A DNA stretch of 64,000 nt from NCBI GenBank assembly GCA_050084515.1, contig CM114271.1:3286001-3350000 (forward strand), given 5' to 3'. This document shows positions 22,333 to 36,200 of this stretch, in pieces; the stretch's first letter is position 1, and each line of letters opens with the position of its first letter. The position numbers and the translations under genes are program-made. A model generated the notes under the pieces. The model made no database searches and was not told the DNA's origin. It saw only the letters and a list, made by a program, of their open reading frames with translations. The stretch is from Blasia pusilla (Eukaryota).

Positions 22333-24710
22333 TCACATGTGAGTTTGGCGTAACAGAGAAGTGAGCGGCAGGTGAGGCGGGTGAATCACGGGTATTCTCG
22401 GCATTTAGAGGCTTTGAGGCAAGAGAGGTATTGAAGGTGCGTGAGAGGCATTGCAGGCGCGAGGAAGCCAACTTGTTGGCGGGCGCGAGGACTTGGAAAG
22501 TTGGTGGTGATCCAGTTTAGCATAACTTCCAAGTCACTCATCCCAGTTCCATTCTTCCAGAGTGTGCTTAACTAGAGAGTAATGTTGCTTGTTGTGTTAC
22601 CAACACATCCACAGGGAAGTGATGACTAGTTGTTGCACACAGGGGAATTTAATCACTTACCTTGATACTTACGGAGATGTTTGAGGGAATTTTTTGGGTG
22701 ACACACATATTTTTAGTACGTTGGTGAGTGTAGGGCATTACCGCGACTATTGTAGAGAACTTGGTGGGATGGATGTATACCACACAAGTCGGGAGTGACT
22801 TAGTGTGCGGGCTATTTGGTGAGTATTGATCTCAAGTGAGATGAGTGGGGGCGTGTCCATAGTTTGGGCATCGTCTAGTGCAGAACTAGTGGCTCAGAGG
22901 TGAGTCATATTAGTTTGCAGGGTTCACCAGGGCGCATCCATAGAGTATTGGGGAGCATGGTAATGGAAGAAGTGGCAGAGGATCTACACGAAGTGGGGCT
23001 AGGTATCAAGGGTTTCCACACGAGGAACCACCTTAGCCGCCGGTTGTAGTTACTCCAAGGGTAACGTCAGCGGATTCTGAGTTACCCGAGAGGCCAATGA
23101 GTGTCGTGAGTGTCGCCACATCGTTGTTGTGGAACATGGATGATCGCGATACCTATGGGTCCACGAGGGGACCCCAACGGTTCTCAAGCATGGTGGGAAC
23201 CATCAAGTTAGATGATTTAATGGAGGGTTTTTGTAGTTGGTGTGATGCACAGAGGATGCGGAACCAACAGAGATTCGACCCCTTCATGGCGTGGAAGGGA
23301 ATTTTTCAGCATATGGAGGGCCCTCCCATTGATAATTACCACCAGTTCTGAATTCTCCATGAGATGCAGATCAAGGCGTGGAGACTATTTTGGTCTCCTA
23401 GATATGTGTCCCTCACAGGGCATGCGATATATGATGCGGCGACTGCAATACCACCCACTAATCGCATGGAGGAAACACTTAGAGGAGTTTTTGACCCGAG
23501 TCTTACGAGTGTGACCATCCGTGTGCCACCTGGGTTCAACCCATTGGTTGAGTTATTCCGAGAGTTGGGGAGGAACTATTAGGGGGTGAGGATCGACAAG
23601 CTGAAGTCGATTAGTTCATGAGTTTCAGCAGAGAGCGAGAGAGAGTCAAGAGGCCTATGCGGTTGATCACAACAACTAAGGGTGTGATGGAAGCACAAGC
23701 GGTTCAGTAATGGTATGCGATGCTAGACCGCGAGTTGCAGAAGAGAGTTCGGGATGAAACTCTTGTACATGTTGGTTCGTCTACTCTCAAGTATGTTTTT
23801 TTTTTTTGGCGGAGCGGATTGAGCAACATACTTGAGGAGAGAGTTTTGACGACATGCGTGTCATCTTCAAGGGAGAGGACATAAATAATGGTGTCTCCAT
23901 CAGTGCCACAACGCACTACTTGAGATACAGTTATGGTACTGGGGGCTACGGGAGGATACCAGGAGCCACGACCACGACCTATTCAACCATACGTTGGGCA
24001 GCAGGGCTCATGTATTTCTTATTGGACGTGTGGAGGATCACATCATTAGCGGGATTATAGATAGTAGAGTGGAGTGTAGGCATCACCATCAATTGTGTAT
24101 GAGGCGGCCCAGGGGAGGCCACCCTGACCTCCGTGTGATCATTGCTAGAAATATGGGCACACACACAAGATATGTTTCGAACTCCATCCCGAGCTACAAC
24201 TAGAGGGAGGTCGAGAACTTGGAGATGGCCGAGGATGAGGTGTATGAGGTCGAGGACGTGGTGGAGGCAGGATCCCACCACCTGCCACAACGAGTGCAGA
24301 ACTTGCATCGGAGGCATCTTTGGCGAGGATTGCTCAGTTGGAGCAATACCTTCAGGCTATGACAACCCAACATACTACTACATCATGTGCAGGGGGCGCG
24401 TCGACTTCCGGATGTGCTCAGGCCCAAGATATAGCGGGAGATCTAGGAGGTATCATATTTTTGTGCAACACCACACAGGTGGATGCATATGAAGTGGTTA
24501 CGAGAGGTGCAGTGAGAGCTTCTGAGCCAGGAGTATCCGATGTGGAGTTGGATCCCTAAAGGGAAGAAGTTGGTAGGTAGGCTAGACTTCTTTCCAATAT
24601 TTTACATTGTCAGAGGCTCTTCGGACCCCATCGATGGTCCCTCTACGACCTTTGAGGAATGTTGTTGTCACAAATGTCGATGCAGTTAGGGGATCAGGTG
24701 AGGCGAGTAC

Positions 24711-27700
24711 TATAGAAAATTGCTAAAGAAGCATAACTTGTGGGAAACGGCTCTCACACTTACATACCACCATCGAGAACAAAATTTTGCAATGAGAGAA
24801 TAAGTGGAGGCTTGTCCCCTTCTCAATTATATAGGGTATGTACAAACAATCCTAACCCTAATCTTAACCATAGTATCGAGTTAGACTAATTATGATTAAC
24901 TAACCTTAGTTAAGATAATCACGCTGAACAGATAACCGAGATTAAGCTTTCATACTTCGTGTGAGTATCAAATATAGTAGTTCAAGTGTCTCATGAGCTT
25001 GACTGTAACTTAATCTCCAATACTCCTCCTCAAGCTCATATCGATATCTCTAATGCCTAAATTATTTCTAAACATGTTAAACTTATCTCTAGACAATGCC
25101 TTTGTAAAAATGTCAACAATTTTTTGATCTGTACATACATACACAAGATCAATTTTTCTTGCAAGCGCTTTCTCTATGATAAAATGATAGTGCACCTCAA
25201 CATGCTTTGTACGAGCATGAAATACAGAGTTATTAGCAAGCTTGATGCTACTAATATTGTCTGCATATATTACACTAGATCTTAAGTTATTAACACCAAT
25301 CTCAACAAGTAATCGATGGAGCCACACCACCTCATATATTGGATTGGTTACTCCTTGGTACTCAGCCTCTAGTAAAGATAAAACAACCATAGGTTGCTTC
25401 TTTGAAGCCCAACTTATAGCTACGCTTCCCAAAGTAGATGAATAACCAGATATGGAGTGTCGATCAACATCTGTGAATCCCTATAATTGTAATCACGGAA
25501 AAGGTTCAAATTGAAGCCCGAATTGAACAAAGAATTTCACTTACCGCATAATCCTCTTCACAACATCAAGGTGAGGTTTTCGAGGTGCTTGCAAAAATTG
25601 GCTCACTATGCCAACTGCATAGCTCAAATCTGGTTGGTTATAGTCAGATAGATCAAAATTGCAACCATGCGTCTGTACATATTAGAATCTGCAAGCAACT
25701 CTCCTTCATCCACTCTTAGCTTCACACTATGGTCCAAAAGTGTAGAGATTGGCTTATAAGCCGTCATACCATATTTTGAAAGTATGTGAAGAGCATATTG
25801 TCGTTGTAGTAATCACATGCTCTCTCCAACCTTGGTAAAATCAATACAAGGAAGTACTTGAGTTCTCCCAAGTCCTTCATACCAATCTAGCTTTGTATGT
25901 GTTAATTATACCATCTTGATTGCGATTGATTTTATAAACCCATTTGTACCCAATAGCTTCCTTACTAGAAGGTATATCAACCAACTCCTAGGTTTGTTGA
26001 TATCTTAATGCAACAAGCTCTTCCTCCATAGCTTTAATCCATTCAACTTTATTTGCGGCTTCTTCAAAATAACTTGGCTCTTGTTCTTGAAGAGTAGTCA
26101 TCATGTATACATGATGTGTTCAAAGGAAACCTTCATTTATGAATCTATGAACAAGATGCGTGACCCTACTTGATCTACAAACTTGTTGTTCAAAGGTAGA
26201 TGCCTCTAACACATGACTCGAGCTCTAACTAGTGTCAACAGACTGAATACGTACTCTTCTTATCGATGGACTCACAGATTTAACCGACAAATCTAAGACC
26301 TCTCCTAATCCTATACTAGTACTCGGGAAATTTGTAGGCAATGTCTGCTGGCTTACTGTCATATTCTTCCCTTCATAGGTGGAATAGGCTCAGATGGAGC
26401 ATACCATAATTTTAGCTCATCAAAGATATCATCGCGACCAATAATAAGCTGCCTAGATAATGGAATGTAGCACTTCTACCCCTTAGTTCCATGAATGTAG
26501 CCAATGAATATACATCTTCCATATTTGGGGTCTAATTTATGATGTTTTTCAAAAAGAATATGAGCATAATAAAAATACCTTAGGCATATTATTCTCATTC
26601 ATCATAGCTCATATCGCCTCAACAATATGTCGATTCTTCCTCTCAGCCACTCCATTTTGTTGTGGAGTGTAGCGGCAAATCACTTAACGTTAGATGTCAT
26701 TTTGACGTAATTAATCATCAAACTCTATTGAAAGATACTCTCCTTCTACATCATGATGCAATTTCACAACGTGTTCTGTAGTCTGCTTCTCTACTAGAAC
26801 TCTGAATGTTTGGAACATTGAGAATACCTCTAACTTGGCATTCAGAAAGTATATCCATATATACCTAGAGAAGTCATTAATAAATGAAATAAAGTATTGG
26901 AAACCTTTAATGCTATGTTGTGATGTTGTCAACACATCATTGTGAATCAATTCTAATATCTTGGATGTTTTTCTACCTTGTTTTGCAAATGTAAATCTAA
27001 CTTGTTTTCCAAATCGGCAAGCATGACATACCTCTAACGTAATCGGACTCGCTAGTTCAGGAAGTCCTATGACTAGATTAGATGATAAAAGACTCTATAA
27101 TCTTTGAAGATTTATATGGTCTATTCTCTTATGCCACACATTTAGATGTATGACTTGTTGGCCGGTTTGACCATGCATTGTTGTTTGAATCTCTGGCATA
27201 GAAACATCTCATTTAAACATTCTGCCAAACCTAGTTCCTCTAGCTACCGTAGTTTGATCATCCATTGTTTCAATGAAACAACCATCTACGTTAAACTTCA
27301 CTTGATAACCGTGTTATACTATTTGTCTTACATAGACGAGGTTTCTTGCAATGGTAGGAACATATAGAACATTTCCAAGAGCACAAAGACTATCTGATGC
27401 TATTAGAGCTTTACCAATATGCGTGATATGATGTTGAGTGTTATCTCTTCTGAGCACAATTGTAGAATCTTTCACCGAATCCAAACTACTACATCATTTA
27501 GCTTTTGAGGTCATGTGATTTGATGCACCAGAGTCAATGTACCAATCTGTTGTCGAGTCTTTCTTGACCATTGCTCCCATATGATGAGTCAAGACCAAGA
27601 GATGCTTAGTTTGTGAATGTTGTTGTTCTTGGTATTGCCCTTGATGTTGTTGCTCCATATAGTTTTGTTGTTGTAAGGCTCATCTTCTCATATCTGTCTT

Positions 27701-29275
27701 CTTCTTAGAGCAAAACTTTGCATAGTGACCATTTATTCCATAGTAATTACAAGATTCAAGGATCTTCTGCTGGTGACCTCGACCCCAACGATTTCCGCCA
27801 TCACCACCTTGTGATTGTATCAGATACTGATTCGTAGTTGATTAAGTGACGTTATATTAAGTGCCTCTTTCTCTATATGTCTAATATCCACCATGACCAT
27901 GGAAGCTTCTACCACAACCCCTGCCTCTGTTTGGTCCATTACCTGCAAATAGCGCACTCTCTTGCAAACTAGACAAGCTACCGCTATGTAGTAGGCGCAT
28001 CTCTTAATTGATTAACAGTGTGACTAACTTTTGAAAGATTGGATGGTTCTTTCTCATAGAGATAAAGGTCTCAAAGGACTTGTAATCCTTTGGAAGACCT
28101 TGAAGAGTGAACAAAATTAGATCATCATCTTCAACTGTCACTCTAATGTTATTCAACTGATCAACAATATGTCTGATATTCAAAATATAATCATTGATAC
28201 TCTACGATCCTTTCCTCACTTCATTCAATTGCTCTTTCAATTGAAGCTTTCTTTGTAGATGCCTGGGACAGATTTTCCAATGCATCCCAAGCCTTCTTTC
28301 GGAATATCAACATCTTGAAGGTGACGTATCATTGGCGAACTAGTCGTTATTGAAATGTAGTGGATTACTTACCTTGCGCGTTTGTTCAAAGCGCAAACAT
28401 TCAAATCTATTGAATCCCCTTCTGGATTGGCCTCATCACCTGTGACAAGCTCCCATAGTTTTTGACCCATGAGAAATTATTTCATGCAAAACTTCAAGAC
28501 ATGTTAATTATGCTTAACTAGCTTCTCGCCTATGATTGTTGTTGAGGAATACTCCATGACGAACAATTTTACTCACTAAAACGTAATTTCAGACACTCCA
28601 CTACTCCAAATGAAGCATAGATCACTCCTAGACAGAAATCGACTTGAAATTTTCCAAAATTGATCAATTGTATGAAAGAACTAGTCGAGATTGGCTTGTA
28701 GAGAGCAAATTGCACAACTTTTACTCACTAAATCGCTACTAGAGCTCAAAATTATTGAGCAATTTTGAGAATACTCTACAAAACAATTAGAACAATTTTA
28801 CTCAGACCTAGACTAAATCGATGGAACAAAAATTTCTTTTTATCATCGTCAAAGCTCCACATGAAATTTGTGCCGAAAAAAAAATTTCTTTTATTTTGCT
28901 TCTCTCTTCTCTCCTCAAACACCAAGAATTTCAAGTAATGTTCTCCTATCGCTCTGATATCATGTAGAAAACTGCTAAAGAAGCACAATTGGTGGGAAAC
29001 GACTCTCACACTCACATACTACCATGGAAAACGAAATTTTGCAATGAGAGAAAGAGTGGAGGTTGGTCCCCTTCTTAATTATATAGGGTATGTACAAGCA
29101 ACCATAACCCTAATCTTAACCATAGTCTCGAGTTATACTAATTATGATTCACTAACCTTAGTTAAGATAATCGAGCTTAACCGACTAACCAAGATTAAGC
29201 TTCCCTAATTTGTGTGAGTACCAAATGTAGTAGTTGAGGTATCTCATGAGTTTGACTGTAACTCAATCTTCTATA
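24711..29275 (-). mobile_element. Decayed Ty1/copia LTR retrotransposon
   Basis: LTRs at 24711-25022 and 28963-29275 (about 312 bp, visibly diverged), TSD AGTAC, PBS TGATATCAGAGC at 28951-28962, PPT next to 25022. RNase H SWASKKQ...HARTKHVEVHYHF and integrase YFISFINDFSRY. Confidence 0.92.
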
Positions 29276-30409
29276 AGTACGTCTACCGGGCCTATGCAGC
29301 ATTCAACACGGCCTAATATTGATACATTACGAGAGATGGCGATGGTTTTGTCTAGCGTCCCATTATTTACAGCCAGAGATTTTTTGACATGTGGAGATCA
29401 ACCAACTGATGTTTTTCGATTGGCGGCGAGGCTCTGTAAGAGCGATGAGTTTGGTTTTTCTAGTGTTGAGAGTCGCATAGGAGATGTGGTAGAGGTACCA
29501 TTGGAGTAGGTGCTCGGGACGAGGGCCATAAAGAGTTGGCATGCATCAACGGCCAGAGTCGCAGAGTTGCCAACTAAATGAGCCATGGAGCGTGCAACCG
29601 TCTCACTAGGATTTGTCTTGGACAATCGAGATGGATTTTTCCAGTTGGTTGGTCCGTCCGGAGTCGTGTATCGACCGCAGAGAGTGCTACTTGATTTAGG
29701 AGCACAACCCCTTATGTTGGGGAAGGCGATATATGTAGCGATGGGATTGCGGAAGTGTGAGATCATTCCATATCCATTCCAGATTCAGAGTTCATTGGGA
29801 GGCACATCCCCGGCACAGTTCATGAATCGCGATGAGATTGTTGTGAGGATTCGGCCCGATCATCTTACGGATAGTGCGATGATGCGGATGCGAGCGGTTG
29901 TGACACCGATCGAGTCTTGTTATGTTTTGGTAGGGGATATCGTATTGTATCCTCTAGAGTTCACACTTGACTTTTGGTAGGAGACAACCTCCTATGGACC
30001 ACATTGGTAGTCAAACGAGGGACGAGCCAATTCGCTATCCGTGTAGTATGTACGGAGACTTGATGGTTCACTCCGAGGGTTGACCACATCAATTGTTTCT
30101 TATTGTGGCACATTATGTTGGCTTGGAGATTTATTGGAGGGGAACACCGATGTAGAGGATATTCCTATAGAGGATAGTCTAAATGAGTGGCATGCGATGA
30201 CGAGCGTGGCTACATCTGTTGGCGACACTTCTTTAGCTTTGTGGGGGACAAGCATCGAATTGAAGAGGAGAGCAAATGAGCTCGTGAGGTAGGCGTGGAG
30301 CCGAGCCTATGCTCTAGAGCGAGACGGGACTGAGTAACCATGTGCTCTAAGAGTGGAGACGTTGACACCCTTGGACACCACACCGATTATGTGGCGGTAT
30401 CCCGAGGAG

Positions 30410-30883
30410 GGTGTACATATACTATATCTCTTTCGAGGGATTAGTACAGCGATGGTTGCAGTGTTGCAGGTCGGAGTATGAGTACAAAAATACTCGTATG
30501 TTGAGAGAGATGAGACTACACGTAGAGTCTCATTACATCATGTGTCGAGACTAGTCCATCAGTATCCTCGGTTATTGCCAGTGTCTGCAGTCAGGGGATA
30601 TCAACATATATTGCCGATCGACATTTCGTTGTTGGGGGGGCTAGATCTGGATAGGGATTGGTCCGATACACTTGGTGGTGGCACGAAAGCCATGTCAAGG
30701 TCATTCTTTTGCGGGTCTAGGACTTGGTTTGAAGGACTCGAGGTCGGCCATATTGCAAGAGATGTTGCAAGTTCTTCGACACTTGAAGACTACCCAATAA
30801 TGTTCTCCAACCTACATTTTGGAGAACGTCCCATTGTTAGGTTTACACTCAAGCCCAAATGATGGTAAGTGTACATCAGGTGC
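30410..30883 (+). pseudogene. DNMT3-like C5 methyltransferase domain of copy D (motifs I to VI), truncated
   Basis: GVHILYLFRGISTA (I), SYVERD (II), IDISLL (III), IHLVVARKPCQGHSFAG (IV), DSRSAILQE (V), YILENVPLLG (VI). Colinear with 2110-3000. Confidence 0.88.
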
Positions 30884-33247
30884 CGTCGATAGAAGTTCGC
30901 CAATCCCATGAATGCACGAACTTGACTCACATCTGTAGGGCGTGGAATGCGTGAAATAACCTCTACCTTCGTCTGTTGCACACCAAGGCTCCCTGGGTAT
31001 ATCGTATGACCTAGGTACTCAATCTGGTCGTAGAAGAAATTGAACTTGCCTCGATGTAGCTTCAACCTATTTTACTGCAATCGTCAAATACCTCCTCTAG
31101 ATGTCGCTCATGCTCCTCAACCGTGGCGCTAAAGACTACGATGTCATCAATATAACACGTAGCAAAATCCTTGGCGAGATCCTATTCATGAACCTCTGAA
31201 ACTAAGCTAGGCATTTTTTAACCCAAATGGTAAGAACCACCACTGGTACAAGCAATCCTTCCCGTCAACATCACCAACTCTCTGGGAACTCTGATCAAAA
31301 CCCATCAATGGGATCCTCATCGCCTGAGACAGCGTAAAACACTGAGGAAGCCTGGTTTGTTTCTTGGCTTCCCCTCGTTGTGGATCCAACTTGACGGCTG
31401 TTCCACACGTAACAACTATGGCGGCCTCCATCAGGGAACCCCGCATATCCAACTTGGATCCTCCATATCTCTGGCTGCTCCATATGACATCGATGCCATT
31501 GATCCAGCATCAGATAACCTCAGTGTCATGGCGGCTATCTCCTCCTATAGCTGTTGTATCTGAGCAGCCATCCCAGCCCGGCATCTCCCTCGACGGGTCT
31601 AGGTGGCGGAACTCTACCTCCTCCACGGGCAACTCCACCAGCCCCTGGGGCAACTCTAGCTCCTCTTTCCCCAATGGGACCACTTGGTGCACGACCTCTA
31701 GGCCCACCCGAACCAGCTACTCGCTCTAGTGGAGCTTCGCCCCCGGCGCTACAGAAAAGGCTATGAGCCCTCTGTGGCCCTCGGTCCGGACGTAACTCAA
31801 GGTACGTGTAAGCTTAAATATCTTGCGCGTATGTGACTGTATCTCTGACAATAGTCACACTCATAACCTCCTGGTGCAACACCATCTCCTCCTCCATGCT
31901 GAGGCACGCATCCATGACCCTGACAAGTGTAATTGCGGTGGTGATGGGCTCCACTACATGCCCAACAAATAATACATGGCGGTTGCTGCTGCTGGTGTGC
32001 CGCATATAATGGTGCGGATCTCTATGGCATAGGCTCTCCATAACCTCTATGTGCTCATGAAGCCACAGTCCTCTCTCAAAATCCACATCGCTGCAATGGT
32101 GGTGCAGATACTCGTGGCTGCTCTCGCCCAAAACTCATGGTGGTTACGCTCTCCTCCGCATGTTGGGCTTAATGTTCTCGGCGGTCCTAAAAACATCTCT
32201 CAACGTGGATGAGGTGTTCATAAGAAGCATCCCCTCCTCCACCCATGTCCGCAGGGTTTGGTCCAGCATCGCATACCATGAATGGATAGCTTGGGCGTCT
32301 GTCACCCCCTGAGGGACGTTCATCAACCTGTGCAAGCGAGTGTAGGCCTCATGCAAACTCTCACCCGGGTGGCTCTGAAAGTCGTGGATGCTCCGCAACT
32401 TCTTCGTCCGTATCCCCTGGTAGCTCGTCCTCAAATCCGCAAAGAACTTAACCACGGGGTTGAACCTGGGACGGACCAGACTGGATAGTGCAAGTGCTCC
32501 AGTGCAAGTCATCCCTCATAACACATCATTCGCAAAAGAGGAAGTAGCCTCTCCTGACTCCTCCTCCTGATCTGGGAATGACTTTGTCCATGACACATAG
32601 TGTGGGTTATAGTAGAGTCACCATACCTCAATCTCATAGGCATATATGTGGGAGAACTCATGGTAATCATCCATGGGTTCCCCCTCTAGGTGCAAGAATA
32701 TACCATTTCATGCTTTAAACGGGTTGAACTCTCTAGAGTTCCTAGCCTGTTGTGAGTCACACCAGCTCCTAAACTCCGCAATGAAGTCATGTAGCTCTAA
32801 AATGCCTACAACATCCAAAAACCTACGCGGTACTCTACCTCGATTGTCCATCTCGTACTCCCAAGCTGTAGGACCACAAACTGTATGCGGTGATGCACTA
32901 ACACACTCCTCTACACTCTCCCCCTGGTCTGAAGATGACACAGAATGAGGTCGAGGTGGTCCCTCATGTGGAGACCCTCGAAATCGCGTGCCACTCCGCG
33001 TAAAAGCTCTAGAGCTACTCTCGGGTCCACCACCTTGCCTCTCAAAGTCCCAAAAATGATGTCATGATGACCCTCTTGCCCCTTTGACGCGATCACTCTC
33101 AACCTCGCGAGTAATCTCTCAATCACTCAAACTAACATGCGACACTCAATCTACACTCTCTCTCATTGAGAAATGTGTTATGTGTCAACAAGCGGCGTGG
33201 TGCAGCAAATCAACTACTGTCATATCATCTCATGAACAAACACACAA
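30884..33247 (-). mobile_element. DNMT-gypsy family copy E: leader plus gag fused directly to mid-RT (PR-DNMT deleted)
   Basis: gag from 32941 to about 31270 is homologous to copy B. It then reads DVDGKDCLYQWWFLPFGLKNA...CYIDDIVVF...MGLANFYRR, matching RT at 47911-49210. Confidence 0.85.
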
Positions 33248-36200
33248 AATTTTTTCTATTAATAGAAACAAAGAAAAATAGGTAAAAACCCTAGTTTTCC
33301 CGAGTAGTCAAATAGTCGGGAGCCGCAGCGGAAGCGCATTCTCGTATGTCGAGTTATCTCCCAGTTCAGGTTCCATCGAAGCTCTTCTGTGAGTGCACGA
33401 ACGGACTAGGCCACTTTGTATCTCTAAGTTTTGTAAAGATTTTAGTGATTTCGTCACTTTCTTTTTTTCTCACATGGTATTAGAGCAGTAGGTTTTCCAG
33501 TATTTTGTATCTGGCGATCTAGTGTGTTTGCACAAAATCTTGAGAGATGGCTACTTCTTAGTCAGTTCATGCTCGCCCTCCTCCGTTGGGTGAAGGGAAG
33601 TTAGATGGGTCTAACTATACGTTGTGGAAGTTCAAAATGAGAACTGTCCTCGAATCATTTGAGATCTGGGAAACGGCTATAGGGGTCGATTCAAATCCAC
33701 AAGCTAGTTTGAGTTCTGCATGTTTATCTTCATCTGGGGATATCGATCTTGTTGTATTGTTGGCATGGAGACGTAGAAACGCTGATGCTCTATATGCGAT
33801 TGTCACGAATGTAACTGATTCTCTCATGATTCTCATTCAACATACAACCAGTATTGATGAGGCATGGAAAATTTTGAAGAATCAGTATGAAACGAGGAAT
33901 GAGACTCGGATTCAAAATCTGGAGAATCAGCTTACGTCCGAGAAACTTTCAAAAGGAGAAAGCCCGGAGCAATTTTTGACAAGGATCAAGAATCTTCAAG
34001 ATCAGATGGCGTCCATAAGAATTTCAAAGTCTAGCGAAGATTTGGCACGTCGGTGCATAAGGATTTTGCCTCCAAGGTATGATAGTTTGGTCACTGCACT
34101 GAATACTCAAGTAAGACCCACGCCGCTTACTTTTGAAAAATTTAATGCAATGTTGGTAGAAGAGGAAATGCGCTTCAAAGCAAGAGAGGGAAGTGATGCA
34201 GCATTTACTGCCAATGTACAGAGAGGTAGAAATGAGGATTACAATTCAAATGTCAAGAAGAAATTTCCAAGAAAAGCCTTCAAATGCTTTTATTATGGTA
34301 AGCTAGGTCATCTTATCAAAGATTGTAGAAAGAGGAGTCAGGATGAGAAGAACGGTTGTTTAAGACCTAAGAAGGAGTCTCCTATAGAACTAGGAGAACA
34401 TGAAGTAGATGCTTGGGTAGCAATAGAGTTTTGCACACAGGCAGAACATTCCACTAAGTCAAAGAGTGAAGATGCATGGGTGCTCGATAGTGGAGCATCT
34501 AGGCATATGACCAATCATAAGGATTGGTATAGCTCCTTACAGCCTCTACAAGAGCCCATCGTTGTTATTGTTGGGATAATGCAAAGTGCCATGTAGAAGG
34601 GAAAGGCACAATTTCTTTAGTCTCATAAAAGGAGATGAAAATAAGTTAACTGATGTACTATACTATACGTACCAGAGTTGAAGTGAAATTTGATTTCAGT
34701 GGCAGTATTATGTGATCGTGACCTAGAAGTTCGTTTCAAGAAAAACTGGAGCAGTCATTGAGGATGCCAATGGGAAAGTAGTGGGTGAAGGTATACGACG
34801 TGGAAATATATACGAGTTGTATGCTTTCACGACAAGTGTAGGTACAGATCTAAGTAGCAGTAAGTTATGGCATGAAATATTTGGTCACCTAAGCTTTTCC
34901 TTACTAAGTCAGATGCAGAAATCTGGCATGGTTGCTAATTTACCAACAATTTCTGGAGTGTCGGATACTTGTGAAGCTTGTATGATGGGCAAGCAACACC
35001 GACAACCATTTCCACAAGAGTCCAAACAATAGGGCAAAGGCTCCTCTAGAGAGTTGATACATGCTTGACCTCTGTGGTAAAATGAGAACAAGATGGCATT
35101 AGGTGGTTCTTCCTACTTCTTTTTAGTTGTCGACGATTATAGTAGGAAGATATGGGTGTATTTCCTTCGTGATAAGGCAAGTTCTTTTGGAAAATTTAAA
35201 GTATGGCACAAGCTGGTTGAGAATGAGACAGGAAAGAAGGTACAAAAGCTTCGCACCGATCGAGGAGGAGAATTCTTATCAACAGAATTCAACAAATATT
35301 TGGGGGAGCATGGAATCAAGCAATAGTTAACCACAACACATACACCACAACAAAATGGAGTTGTTGAGCGTCGAAACCGTACAGTGGTGGAGATGGCAAG
35401 ATGTATGATGACAAAAGGTTTGACAGAAGGATGTTGGGCTGAAGCTATTAATACTGCCGTATACATTCTAAATAGAAGTGCTACCAAGTCAGTGCAAGGC
35501 ATGACTCCTCATCAATCATACTCAGGTAAGGTACCATCAGTCCAACATTTCAGGATTTTTGGTAGTGAGTGTTTTGTACATATTCCTGAAGCATCTAGGA
35601 CCAAGCTGGAGTCCAAGAGCATGAAGTGCATCTTTATGGGATACAGTGATGAGTCTAAAGCTTATCGCCATTGGTGTCGTGAGGAAAAGAAGATGCTTGT
35701 GATTCGTGATGTGGTGTTCCAGGAACAGCCTCGTCAAGTGGCGGATATCAGTGGTCCGTCCACATTATCATCAAACGAAGAGATAACCCACCAGAGCACA
35801 CCACAAATGTTTACACCAGATCATCAAGAAGAAGAATTTGGTGATGATTACAAAGAGAAACCTGCTCTTCCACTACGGTTGTCATACCTTAAGTGGATAA
35901 AGCAGCTCTTGGATGGTAAGGATTCACCAGCAACTGATGAAGTTGTTACACATCCAAGGAGATCCAAGAGACTAGAGGAGCAGAATAGAGCTTCCGCACA
36001 TCTCGTCAACATGGCCTTGATGACAGAGGTCTTGAAGGTGGAAGAGCCATCATGCTTGGATGAGGCTCTTGCTCATCCTCAATGGAGAGAGGCCATGCAC
36101 ATGGAGATGGACACTATTAGAGGAATGAAACTTGGACTTTGGTTGAAAAGCCAAAGGACAGGAAGATAATACGCACCAAGTGGGTGTACAAGACCAAGTA

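Larger units (their letters stand above)
19488..30883 (+). mobile_element. DNMT-encoding Ty3/gypsy copy D (putative long 5' LTR/leader, gag, PR, N-terminal DNMT), interrupted by the copia at 24711-29275 and broken at 30883
   Basis: gag at 23097-24710 continues at 29281 across the AGTAC TSD; protease RVLLDLGAQ at 29585-29980; DNMT at 30410-30883. The 5' boundary (TGTCGTAAG at 19488) is tentative. Confidence 0.75.
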
